Virus record (IMG/VR): IMGVR_UViG_3300032239_001852
Coordinates: 1-50,012 of that record
Direction: 5' to 3' (one strand)
DNA: 50,012 bases
Origin: a virus
Lineage: Duplodnaviria; Caudoviricetes
The notes beneath the pieces were generated by a model. That model saw only the letters and a program-made list of their open reading frames with translations, made no database searches and was not told the origin of the DNA. The translations under genes and the position numbers were made by a program. Positions 15,640 through 23,807 of the stretch are shown one piece after another. Within the stretch, counting starts at the first letter, position 1. Each line of letters begins with the position of its first letter.

Positions 15640-16006
15640 CGTTTGCTACCTCCGTAATACTAAGGACGACTTTCTCGTCGTCACACTTCTTATTCAGCTC
15701 CCACACCCTTGGCAGGAACCGAGCATCATTAACTCCCAACCCGGCCGCTACGGCATCGAGTGTGAGCTTCAAAATGTTGTCCGCATCAATCGTACGCTTT
15801 ACGTAGATCCACACATCAACGATGAGCATTGTATCACGCTCACATGACCAGCTTTGCTGCTTTGCCACTTCGCCGGTGATGATTGTCGTGAGTTTTTTCC
15901 ACGCTTTTGCTTCCCGTGTCATGTAGATGTACGATTTTCGCGCGCGGTAGGCGGAGTTCCAGCTGGGTGGACGCCCTAACAGCGTAATCACCAGCGGTTC
16001 GTGCAT
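15632..16006 (-). CDS. rusA: RusA-like Holliday junction resolvase
   Basis: PPSWN...DADNILKLTLDA...NDARF. Confidence 0.85.
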   Translation of the reverse strand: MHEPLVITLLGRPPSWNSAYRARKSYIYMTREAKAWKKLTTIITGEVAKQQSWSCERDTMLIVDVWIYVKRTIDADNILKLTLDAVAAGLGVNDARFLPRVWELNKKCDDEKVVLSITEVANDD

Positions 16007-16680
16007 TACCGATTCATCTTTGGGCGCAAATCAGAGCCGCCGAACTTGACAACGGTGCACATTTCGGTCAAACGAGAGACCGTTGCGCCGTACCCAAGGT
16101 CATTTAGCTCATCGAGCGTGCGATTGGACGTGACTACTGTAGGTAGCATCGCCGAATACCGGCTCTCAACAATTACATAGAGCCGTTCGGTCGCCCAATC
16201 CGTCGCGCGCTCCTTGCCAAAGTCGTCCAAAACGACGACAGAGGCTCGGTTGCAGATGAATTGGAAGTCCGTTTGCACGGAATCGTCCGAAAACTTAAAG
16301 CTGGACCGCACTGCATCCAAAAAGAGCGGCACATTGATGAATCGCGCGTTCAATAACCCGTTTTCCACCTTGTGCCGGAGTGCAGCAACGGTCAAATGGG
16401 TCTTTCCGACACCCGGAGTGCCAACAAAGAAGAATCCCCGGTCTGTAAGCGGTGCTTCGGCCCACTCTTTTGCTACTTTTACGGCCGTTTTTGCCTCTGG
16501 CAGCTCTTTAAGCGAACTAAACGACGCATGCATGTACCTTTTTGACACTCCAGCCTTTTCCAGTCGGTCATTGGCGACGTTTGGGGCCGGCGGTTCGTCC
16601 TGACGACGCTTTACGGCGCCCTCTGGCGTCATGATGTACGCAAAGTCAAGGTTTGGGTCAATCTTGGATAATCCCATCAT
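16006..16680 (-). CDS. DnaC/IstB-like AAA+ ATPase (helicase loader)
   Basis: GTPGVGKT Walker A; VVVLDDFGKE Walker B; R...LPTVVTSN; SRL..MC. Confidence 0.9.
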   Translation of the reverse strand: MMGLSKIDPNLDFAYIMTPEGAVKRRQDEPPAPNVANDRLEKAGVSKRYMHASFSSLKELPEAKTAVKVAKEWAEAPLTDRGFFFVGTPGVGKTHLTVAALRHKVENGLLNARFINVPLFLDAVRSSFKFSDDSVQTDFQFICNRASVVVLDDFGKERATDWATERLYVIVESRYSAMLPTVVTSNRTLDELNDLGYGATVSRLTEMCTVVKFGGSDLRPKMNR

Positions 16681-16966
16681 AATTCTCCTTCTTCCTACCG
16701 GCCACTGGGGCCTTCCATCGCGGACTATCCGCGAGTTTTTTTACATATGCCAAAGGATCGCCTTCGAGATCACGGATTGCCGCTTCGCATATTGCCGACA
16801 TGAGCCCTGGGATGCTGCCCGGGAACGATTGCATCAACTTAAAGATCCTACCGTACTCTGAGCGCTTCAGCTTCTTACCGGTCATCGCTTCGTAAAAGTC
16901 GCCCATGCGACCCTGCTTGTTTGGCGCTGATTCGATCTCCTTACGCCACCAGGCGAGATCGTTCAC
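16658..16966 (-). CDS. hypothetical protein, possibly replication-associated (start GTG 16966 inferred)
   Basis: GTGA overlap with the upstream nuclease; lies directly upstream of the DnaC-like gene. Confidence 0.55.
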   Translation of the reverse strand: MNDLAWWRKEIESAPNKQGRMGDFYEAMTGKKLKRSEYGRIFKLMQSFPGSIPGLMSAICEAAIRDLEGDPLAYVKKLADSPRWKAPVAGRKKENYDGIIQD

Positions 16967-17823
16967 TCGCCGTAGATCTTCGTCAGCGACGACTGGCGGA
17001 TGGATGGCAGCACCGTAAGCATGCCACGTGCCGTCTCCGGCAGGGGCTGTGGATGAGATTCCCATTTGTCACACAACTTCCTAAATTCACACGTCGCATG
17101 TGCGAACGCGGTTGGGTTTGGATAGATTGCGCCTTTCTCCCTGGCATCGAGCATCGCCCGGACTGTGATGTACAGCCGGTCGATATCGTCTGTCGTACGA
17201 GTTGTGGTCCGGCGCTCTACGTTTGGACCTTTTGAGTGTTTGCTGACAATATTAAACGTCACCTTGGGGTCATGGTCGTAGTTCTGTCGAACAACAGAGA
17301 CGTAGGCAGTTGCCTGCACGTCTCCATGCTCGCGTCCCTCTTCCCACTTCCGAGCTGCAGTCTTGTGCTCGACCACATCGTTTGTAGTCGTCACCATATC
17401 AAGAACGGACTTCAGCTTAATTGGAAGAGTTCCAAGGCGGCTATGCTTAATATCAGCCATGAAAGATCGCTCGACAGCTTTCGCCGTCCAGTCGTCGCCT
17501 TCAAAGATTGCAGCCTTCAGCATGTCTTCGCCAAGGGCGCTCTGGCTAATGGGGTCCTTGTCGGACTCATCGGCCCAGTTAACCTTGGCAGACTCATCGG
17601 CGAATGTTGCCTTGTAGAGCCTTAGCGGCATAGTCAGATCGCCGTCTTTCTTTCCGCCGTTTAGTGGCTCATACCAATTTGCAAGGCCGGCGTGCACCGC
17701 AGTTCCAAGCGCGAAGAACGAGCTTGTTTTTTCAGTCCACAGGCCATTCTCGTAGCGGTACCACCACCTTAGAGGGCAGGCCTGAAACTCGCGGATCTCG
17801 CTAACGCTAACGTGCTCGCGCAT
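16963..17823 (-). CDS. PD-(D/E)XK (RecB/Cas4-like) exonuclease
   Basis: SVSEIREFQACP...GTAVH...LDMV...VVEHKT...QATAY...CEFRKLC. Confidence 0.85.
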   Translation of the reverse strand: MREHVSVSEIREFQACPLRWWYRYENGLWTEKTSSFFALGTAVHAGLANWYEPLNGGKKDGDLTMPLRLYKATFADESAKVNWADESDKDPISQSALGEDMLKAAIFEGDDWTAKAVERSFMADIKHSRLGTLPIKLKSVLDMVTTTNDVVEHKTAARKWEEGREHGDVQATAYVSVVRQNYDHDPKVTFNIVSKHSKGPNVERRTTTRTTDDIDRLYITVRAMLDAREKGAIYPNPTAFAHATCEFRKLCDKWESHPQPLPETARGMLTVLPSIRQSSLTKIYGE

Positions 17824-18467
17824 TAGGCGCTGAGCTCAGTCTTGCGTGTTGTGTAGTACTGGCCCAGCCAACGCTTCTGCTCAGAATCGAGCGCAGACGC
17901 AGCAATCTCTTGGGCAACCTTCGTTAGGTCTCCAGAGCTTGCGCATGCATTAATTGCATCGCGCCATTCAATAAGTGCTGGGTTGTCGCCAAAGCTGTCT
18001 TGCGCAGCGCGCAGAATGGCTTCATCATCAGACTTTGACTTGTCGCGCTCTTGCGCCACTGGAGCAGGCTTCACTGTCGTACCACCCTTGGAGCGGATCT
18101 CATCGCTTGATGCAACTTTCTTAGAGGGTAGGCCCGCCATGACGAGCGCTCGGCCAACGGCTGAAGTCTCGCAGTTTTCTAGCTCTGATCCACGCGTATA
18201 TGGCGTGCTCCCTGGGATCGCCATGGAGGAGTGACCAACACCAGCTGGTCGCTCTTCAAAACCGTATGGTCGTGTCTTCGTGTCCTGCTCATCGGTTGTA
18301 TCGCCACGAAATGCCAAAGCCTTTACCGTAACGCGGCTATCGGTGTGCGAAACAATGCTCGTTTCAATTCGGGCGTTTGGATACGCTTCGTACCAAGCGC
18401 GAAGACGCTCCGCTACATCAATATAATCCTCTGCAAACTTCTTCTTAGGGGCCGTATCGTATGCCAT
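17823..18467 (-). CDS. putative single-strand annealing recombinase
   Basis: DYIDVAERL...ENCETSAVGRAL; adjacent to the exonuclease. Confidence 0.65.
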   Translation of the reverse strand: MAYDTAPKKKFAEDYIDVAERLRAWYEAYPNARIETSIVSHTDSRVTVKALAFRGDTTDEQDTKTRPYGFEERPAGVGHSSMAIPGSTPYTRGSELENCETSAVGRALVMAGLPSKKVASSDEIRSKGGTTVKPAPVAQERDKSKSDDEAILRAAQDSFGDNPALIEWRDAINACASSGDLTKVAQEIAASALDSEQKRWLGQYYTTRKTELSA

Positions 18468-18475
18468 TTCCAACC

Positions 18476-18724
18476 TCACTTCTCCGAGCTAAACAGCTCG
18501 ACTTCACTAAGACCAAGATACTCCGACAGCCGTCGTTGCATCTCTGCCGTCATCGGCGCATGTCCATATTGGACCTGGTTCAGATAACCGTAGGATACAC
18601 CAAGATGCTTAGCAACGAATCGTCGCTTCACCCCAGAGTCCCTGATGAGCTTCCATACCCGTTCGTGTTGCTGACGCTGCTGCTTTCGCAGTTCAACATG
18701 GGCGTCACCACTTTGCTTACTCAT
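18476..18724 (-). CDS. XRE-type HTH regulator
   Basis: FVAKHLGVSYGYLNQV...LSEYLGLSEVELF. Confidence 0.75.
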   Translation of the reverse strand: MSKQSGDAHVELRKQQRQQHERVWKLIRDSGVKRRFVAKHLGVSYGYLNQVQYGHAPMTAEMQRRLSEYLGLSEVELFSSEK

Positions 18725-18995
18725 CTACTTTTACCGCCCAGTCATATGGCACGCCGGTATCGACCCAATGGTCAACGCCAATTTGTACGCCCTCGGCAAT
18801 CTGCCACCAGATCTCTGGCTCAACGCCGGCAAACTGACCCTCGCGCAGGCGAGCAGATGTGCTATGGAAAACCCATGCCGCAATCTGTGATCGATGGATC
18901 TGATCGCCAAATGTTGAGTCAAACTCCTTGAGCGTTTCCTCAACGGCGCCAATACCAATCTTTAGATTCTCGATGCTTGCAATTTCGCTACTCAC
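18717..18995 (-). CDS. hypothetical protein
   Basis: Overlaps both neighbours; AAGGAGG RBS. Confidence 0.6.
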   Translation of the reverse strand: MSSEIASIENLKIGIGAVEETLKEFDSTFGDQIHRSQIAAWVFHSTSARLREGQFAGVEPEIWWQIAEGVQIGVDHWVDTGVPYDWAVKVDE

Positions 18996-19243
18996 ACACC
19001 CTCCTTGTTGGATGATACTCCTGTAGTATCGCCTGGATTGCCCAGGTCGTCAAGTGTTCCGCCACTCCCACGTGTGAGCTGTTTCATGCACTCAACATGA
19101 ATGCCCATGCCAGCTGCAAAACTTTTAATTTCGCCAAGCGGAATAAAGTGTCCACGCTTTACTTTCGCAAGTTTTCGATTTGGACAAAGGTGGTACGAGC
19201 AACCCCGATCACCCGGGTACTGAAGTGCTGGATTTCGCATCAA
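18992..19243 (-). CDS. hypothetical protein
   Basis: Operon packing. Confidence 0.5.
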   Translation of the reverse strand: MMRNPALQYPGDRGCSYHLCPNRKLAKVKRGHFIPLGEIKSFAAGMGIHVECMKQLTRGSGGTLDDLGNPGDTTGVSSNKEGV

Positions 19244-19517
19244 GGTACTCCCTTAGCTTTGGTCGCCATGTCTTTGACGACTCGGTCTTTACCCTGTGGT
19301 GATACCCACAGATCAAGACAAGATTATCCATAGTGCTAGGGCCGCGACGCCCAAGCCCTGCATTATCTACGTGGTCAAGCTCCCAAACGATAGTGGTGCC
19401 CGAACCAAACTGACTACCACATGCTTCGCCCATGCCAACTTTAGCGCCCACACAAGTATGGTCGCGCCTCATGATTGCGTAGCGGATTTCCGGGGTTACC
19501 GGGTCTTTATGCGGCAT
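19209..19517 (-). CDS. small HNH endonuclease
   Basis: RDHTC...ELDHV...GPSTMDNLVLICGYHHRVKT. Confidence 0.8.
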   Translation of the reverse strand: MPHKDPVTPEIRYAIMRRDHTCVGAKVGMGEACGSQFGSGTTIVWELDHVDNAGLGRRGPSTMDNLVLICGYHHRVKTESSKTWRPKLREYLDAKSSTSVPG

Positions 19518-19534
19518 ACCAGGAGTGTATCACA

Positions 19535-20665
19535 TCAGATTTCGCCGTGCAACCGCATGTTTTCTACAATTCGTAGGCCAATCCACTCTGCAACCAGACT
19601 AGCTACCCCATTGCCGCAAGCATCAGCCCTGGTAGATTCATTATTGCGGTCTAGCAATGGGTGCTCAATGCAAGCGCCGCTTCGCAGAAGGTGTTGGCCA
19701 AATACTCCAGAAGAAGAAAAGGCAGTTAGGGTGGAGAACCTTCCGTCCTCAGCCCAACGCTCAAAAAACCCATCTCGCTGGTTTCGTTCAGATTTGCGAT
19801 ACAGGCGGAGGTCCCCACCCTCTGAGTTTGGAAGCTCTACGAGCTGGTGTGCTTGGCGTGCAGACGTCGGAATCCTGGGACGAGCGTGTGCCCGTCCGGC
19901 CAGCCCATGAGGCGTTCCATTTCCAGCGTAGTCAACCTTCGCAAAATCAAACGCTGCTGGTCGATGGTGTCCTGGATTGCTTGGTGCAGGTCCGGCGTAA
20001 AGCCGTTCTTGATCCCAGGTCCGGTCTTCACGACCGAACGCCCAAGGTAATTCATTGCTTCCTCCCGTGTCAAGAAGAACCTCGCCGGCACGAGCGGTTC
20101 CACGATGTCCAAGAAGGAAGACTCGACGGCGCGGTTGCGGCACTGGGCGCCTTCGCCCATGCAGTTCACAGCTTCCGGCGCTCGACGCATCAATAGTTCG
20201 CCACGCCACGCCATACCCGAGTTCATCCATTTCCTGGAGGAGTCGCCCCATGTCGCGTCCGGAGCTGGAGGTAAAAAGGCCGGGGACGTTTTCAAGGAGG
20301 ACCCATTCTGGCCCAAAGGTTTCAACAAGGTTGAGGAACGAGAACGCAAGGGACGAGCGCTCACCATCAAACCCCTTTCGCTTTCCTGCGCTGCTCAAAT
20401 CTTGGCAGGGAAACCCAGCCGACCAGAGCCTAGCAGATTGCCATGCATCACCTGTCTTTTCCATGCTGATTGAGGTGATGTCTCCAAGGTTGGGGATTTC
20501 CGGCCATTGTCGACCAAGTATCGCAGATTGATACGCTGCGTTTTCGCAAAATGCAACGGTGTGCCAACCAGCTGCTTCTAGGCCTAAGTCAATACCGCCG
20601 ACTCCACTGAATGTGGAAAAGTGGCTAAGGGCGCTTGCGCTTGGCTTTGGGCTTTTTTGCTTCAT
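19535..20665 (-). CDS. DNA (cytosine-5) methyltransferase, alpha polypeptide (motifs I-VIII and X)
   Basis: FSGVGG (I), GFPCQD (IV), LENVPG (VI), PQPRRRVF (VIII), CGNGV (X); motif IX is not in this frame. Confidence 0.9.
   Translation of the reverse strand: MKQKSPKPSASALSHFSTFSGVGGIDLGLEAAGWHTVAFCENAAYQSAILGRQWPEIPNLGDITSISMEKTGDAWQSARLWSAGFPCQDLSSAGKRKGFDGERSSLAFSFLNLVETFGPEWVLLENVPGLFTSSSGRDMGRLLQEMDELGYGVAWRTIDASSAGSCELHGRRRPVPQPRRRVFLLGHRGTARAGEVLLDTGGSNELPWAFGREDRTWDQERLYAGPAPSNPGHHRPAAFDFAKVDYAGNGTPHGLAGRAHARPRIPTSARQAHQLVELPNSEGGDLRLYRKSERNQRDGFFERWAEDGRFSTLTAFSSSGVFGQHLLRSGACIEHPLLDRNNESTRADACGNGVASLVAEWIGLRIVENMRLHGEI
19837..20367 (-). CDS. nested alternative-frame methyltransferase beta polypeptide carrying motif IX
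   Basis: LRRLTTLEMERLMGWPDGHT matches motif IX; ORF lies wholly inside the alpha gene. Confidence 0.75.
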   Translation of the reverse strand: MVSARPLRSRSSTLLKPLGQNGSSLKTSPAFLPPAPDATWGDSSRKWMNSGMAWRGELLMRRAPEAVNCMGEGAQCRNRAVESSFLDIVEPLVPARFFLTREEAMNYLGRSVVKTGPGIKNGFTPDLHQAIQDTIDQQRLILRRLTTLEMERLMGWPDGHTLVPGFRRLHAKHTSS

Positions 20666-20770
20666 CGCTGGCCATGGTATCAGACGCAGACGGTTTTTTC
20701 GGTGGCGTTGCGCGCAAGACGCGGCAAGGAATGCAGAAGCATGGCTGGATATGATAGAGCTTATCTGCCA

Positions 20771-22945
20771 TTATGCCTTTTCGACTGCCTCAACCTGACG
20801 CATTACCTTGCTGGACCAGGACTGTCCGGGATTTCCGCCCCAAAGGGCCCAGGCAATTCGTCCGGCTGAAGGATAACCAGTCTCCCCCGGGTTAAATCCT
20901 TCTCCTTGCTTGTCCACTTCGTGCCGAGCAAGGAACGCACGCATCTTTCGAACCCGCGCAATAGTCATCTTGTTATCAATAAGCATATGGGCGGTTGCCT
21001 GACCAGGCCCAATGCCGCCACGGCCAAACTCTTCTCGCCATTTAAGGCCACGCGCAGCCTCGGTCTTTACAGCTGAAGGAACATTTAGGTTAATACCAGA
21101 ATAATCTGCTGCAGCATAATTCTTTGCAACATCTTCTGGGCCGTGAACATTTTGTGCGCCAGCTGCCTTATAGGCATCGCGGACTTCCCCATCGTTCTCA
21201 ATTGCCTCAACAACGGCACCATTCTCTTTAATAATCTTGGCAATCTTGTTTCGCTTGAACTGAAGCCCTGCTCCCACAGGGAAGTCAGATAGGTAAAGCT
21301 CGTCATACGGCACATCATTTTCCTCAAGCCAAGCTCGAGTTTCTTCGAGGCGCTTGATAGATCGTGCGCTAACAATAAATATTCGGTGGTTATCTGACTT
21401 TCGCTGAAGGTAGTTGACTACCGCCTCATTTGCCTTGTTGCTTCCATCATGGGTTGTAAGAGTTCCATCAATGTCACACACAATGATTGGATCTCCGGAA
21501 GCTTTGGCAGTCTGCGACTGCGGGGCATTTGGTGGCGTGTTGTCTGGCGTCATATCGGAGCCCTGGGGCGGGGTTGGAACGCCCTGGGGATTATTTGCCG
21601 TTGGTGGCGTATTCCCATCTGGTGATGGCTGGGCGCCGCTAGAAACAAGATTGTCCAAATACTTCATGTAGACATCCATTGGCATGTAGCCCTGAGGGGT
21701 TGGAACCCAGATTTGTTCGCCCTGCTCGCCAACTCCGTCTTGACCGCGCTCTCGAAGTGCGTCGTTGAGGCGGAGCCAAGGAAGTCCGGCGAGCGCCTGC
21801 TTGTAATAGGCAGACATCTCGCCCTGGCTCTGGCGGCCCATGTCCGTGTAGGCAAATCGAAGGTTTTCATCGTAGCGCCAAACAATTTCTCGGGTGATGT
21901 ACTCGGCTACCAGGTCCAGGAGCGGCGCAATGCCAACGTCCTGAGTAAAGGCGGCACCTGTCTCCGAGCTGCTTCGGTTGACGTCCATTCCGATACCGAT
22001 GTCCTGTGGCTGAACGCCAAACACGGCACAAATCTTTCGAGCAAGGTAGACCTGCCACTCCATGAACTGCATGTCGCGGTTAGACGAGGCCAGTGGCATC
22101 CATTGCATTCCCTTGCCGCCGCCCGTGATGGCAATTTGGCTGCGCCCAGCGATCTCGGCATCCCAATATGCTCGGAATGCATCAACCTGATCTGGGCGAA
22201 CTCCTTCGCCAAGGTGCAATACGCCTGGAGGTGCTGCAGCCATGACTGCTTTTGCATTGTATGCGGCCGCAGCTAGATCGGACTCAATTGTGTCCGCAAG
22301 CACTTCAAGTGGGGACAATCCAAGGGGTGTATAAGTTACTGGGTTAGAGATAATTACAATTAGCTCATGGTTAAGGAAGGTGTTAACTTGACGGCCCGAT
22401 TCATCCATTTCGTAATATCGAGGTGCCGTAATGTCATCGCCATTCCAGCTCGCATCAAAAACAATTCGGGCAGCATCTTTAGAATGAAGGCCTGCAACTG
22501 GATTACTTTTTATCCCAATTTTCCCGCCACGTGTGACTTCAACCTCAAGGCATCCCTGGTCAAGGACAAGAATGTCTTCAATCACTGGCTCAATAAGCGA
22601 GCGCCAAGATTCCATTTTTGAGTTTGGCTGGCGCAACAATTGTTTAATCTGGGCGACTTTTGCTGAATTGACGGGGCTATCAGAGTCCAAAGCAACAATA
22701 TCCCATTTTGCTCGGCTAACTTGAGTGCGGCGAAGGTTAATTGCTGCGCGAATCCACGGATTTGTTCGAGACCATCGGCGCAACTGCCCGCTGCTTCGCT
22801 TTTGAACGTGGGCAACGCCCGCAACCCCACGCGCATAAGGCGAAGAATCGGTATCCGGGACCGTAGTAATGCCCTTCTGTGACGAGCCAAAGCTAATGCC
22901 GACGTTGTTAAGGATTCGATTGAAAATAGAACGATTTTCGGCCAT
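20771..22945 (-). CDS. portal protein with C-terminal HAD-like domain and a further extension
   Basis: LLRQPN...GLSPLE...DMQFMEW...ICAVFGVQP...LNDALRERG portal motifs; IIVCDIDGTL/IVSAR HAD motifs. Confidence 0.88.
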   Translation of the reverse strand: MAENRSIFNRILNNVGISFGSSQKGITTVPDTDSSPYARGVAGVAHVQKRSSGQLRRWSRTNPWIRAAINLRRTQVSRAKWDIVALDSDSPVNSAKVAQIKQLLRQPNSKMESWRSLIEPVIEDILVLDQGCLEVEVTRGGKIGIKSNPVAGLHSKDAARIVFDASWNGDDITAPRYYEMDESGRQVNTFLNHELIVIISNPVTYTPLGLSPLEVLADTIESDLAAAAYNAKAVMAAAPPGVLHLGEGVRPDQVDAFRAYWDAEIAGRSQIAITGGGKGMQWMPLASSNRDMQFMEWQVYLARKICAVFGVQPQDIGIGMDVNRSSSETGAAFTQDVGIAPLLDLVAEYITREIVWRYDENLRFAYTDMGRQSQGEMSAYYKQALAGLPWLRLNDALRERGQDGVGEQGEQIWVPTPQGYMPMDVYMKYLDNLVSSGAQPSPDGNTPPTANNPQGVPTPPQGSDMTPDNTPPNAPQSQTAKASGDPIIVCDIDGTLTTHDGSNKANEAVVNYLQRKSDNHRIFIVSARSIKRLEETRAWLEENDVPYDELYLSDFPVGAGLQFKRNKIAKIIKENGAVVEAIENDGEVRDAYKAAGAQNVHGPEDVAKNYAAADYSGINLNVPSAVKTEAARGLKWREEFGRGGIGPGQATAHMLIDNKMTIARVRKMRAFLARHEVDKQGEGFNPGETGYPSAGRIAWALWGGNPGQSWSSKVMRQVEAVEKA

Positions 22946-22946
22946 A

Positions 22947-23168
22947 TTACCTTCCGTTTTTGCTTCGCCGAATTGCCGACCAGAAGATGTCGTCGGTCAT
23001 GCGTCGGTTTATAATGTCCTGCATCTCTGCTCTTGTGCAAGAGACGACCCGTCTACCACCACGGTATCCCTCTGTGTATGGTAGCAGATATTTTGCCCAG
23101 TATATCGGCACTACATGCCGAGCATCTGTAAAATCGACCTCAATTGTCCCTTCGATTCCAGGAATCAC
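22947..23168 (-). CDS. hypothetical protein
   Basis: Operon packing upstream of the portal. Confidence 0.6.
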   Translation of the reverse strand: MIPGIEGTIEVDFTDARHVVPIYWAKYLLPYTEGYRGGRRVVSCTRAEMQDIINRRMTDDIFWSAIRRSKNGR

Positions 23169-23590
23169 AGCTCATGATCCTCTCCCAGGCCATCGACTTC
23201 GTCTAGCTGCTTAAATGCTTCATTATTGTCAAGATCGTGCTTGCGCTGCTGTGGGACGCTGCGACGCGATATTTTTAGGTCGATATAGCACCACTTACAG
23301 ACAGAATAACGTTTTTGCCCCTTAGCGCGAGGGACCATTGGCTCTGGCGCGAGGCCTATTACCCAATGATGCGGCCCAGACATAATGCCGCAAGCAGCGC
23401 ACTTTGGGTGTGAACGTTTATTTTTTTGATACTCCTCAAGAACTGGCGCAATTGTTTTTTGGAGACGAATCAAAGCAGATGCGAGCTCGCGCACCTCTCG
23501 GCCCCGCTCCCGGATCTCTGCGCAAAGGACGCAAGCCTCCGGGTTGTCGTTGCTATTCTCCCACTGATGTTTATCGTATTCAATATCCAT
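23165..23590 (-). CDS. hypothetical Cys-rich protein
   Basis: CVLC, CAAC and CKWC pairs. Confidence 0.6.
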   Translation of the reverse strand: MDIEYDKHQWENSNDNPEACVLCAEIRERGREVRELASALIRLQKTIAPVLEEYQKNKRSHPKCAACGIMSGPHHWVIGLAPEPMVPRAKGQKRYSVCKWCYIDLKISRRSVPQQRKHDLDNNEAFKQLDEVDGLGEDHEL

Positions 23591-23807
23591 GCAGCGATAA
23601 TATCAAACCGTCAAGCTGACAGAAGGCAACATTGACGTAGAATATCCACGTATTGTCCGCAGCTTTGCTTTCGTGGTTAATATCTGTTAATCATCTACCA
23701 CAACAGGGTCAATTTATCAGCACTATATAGGCGTCGTAAAGATTATCATGTAGTTGACTGATTGTCGCGGTGGCCACAAGATGGCAGCTGATCACATGGA
23801 GGTGTCT

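Noticed and set aside
19535-20665. Methyltransferase pseudogene caused by frameshifts
   Set aside because: Both frames are intact, and the motif distribution matches a known functional two-frame architecture.
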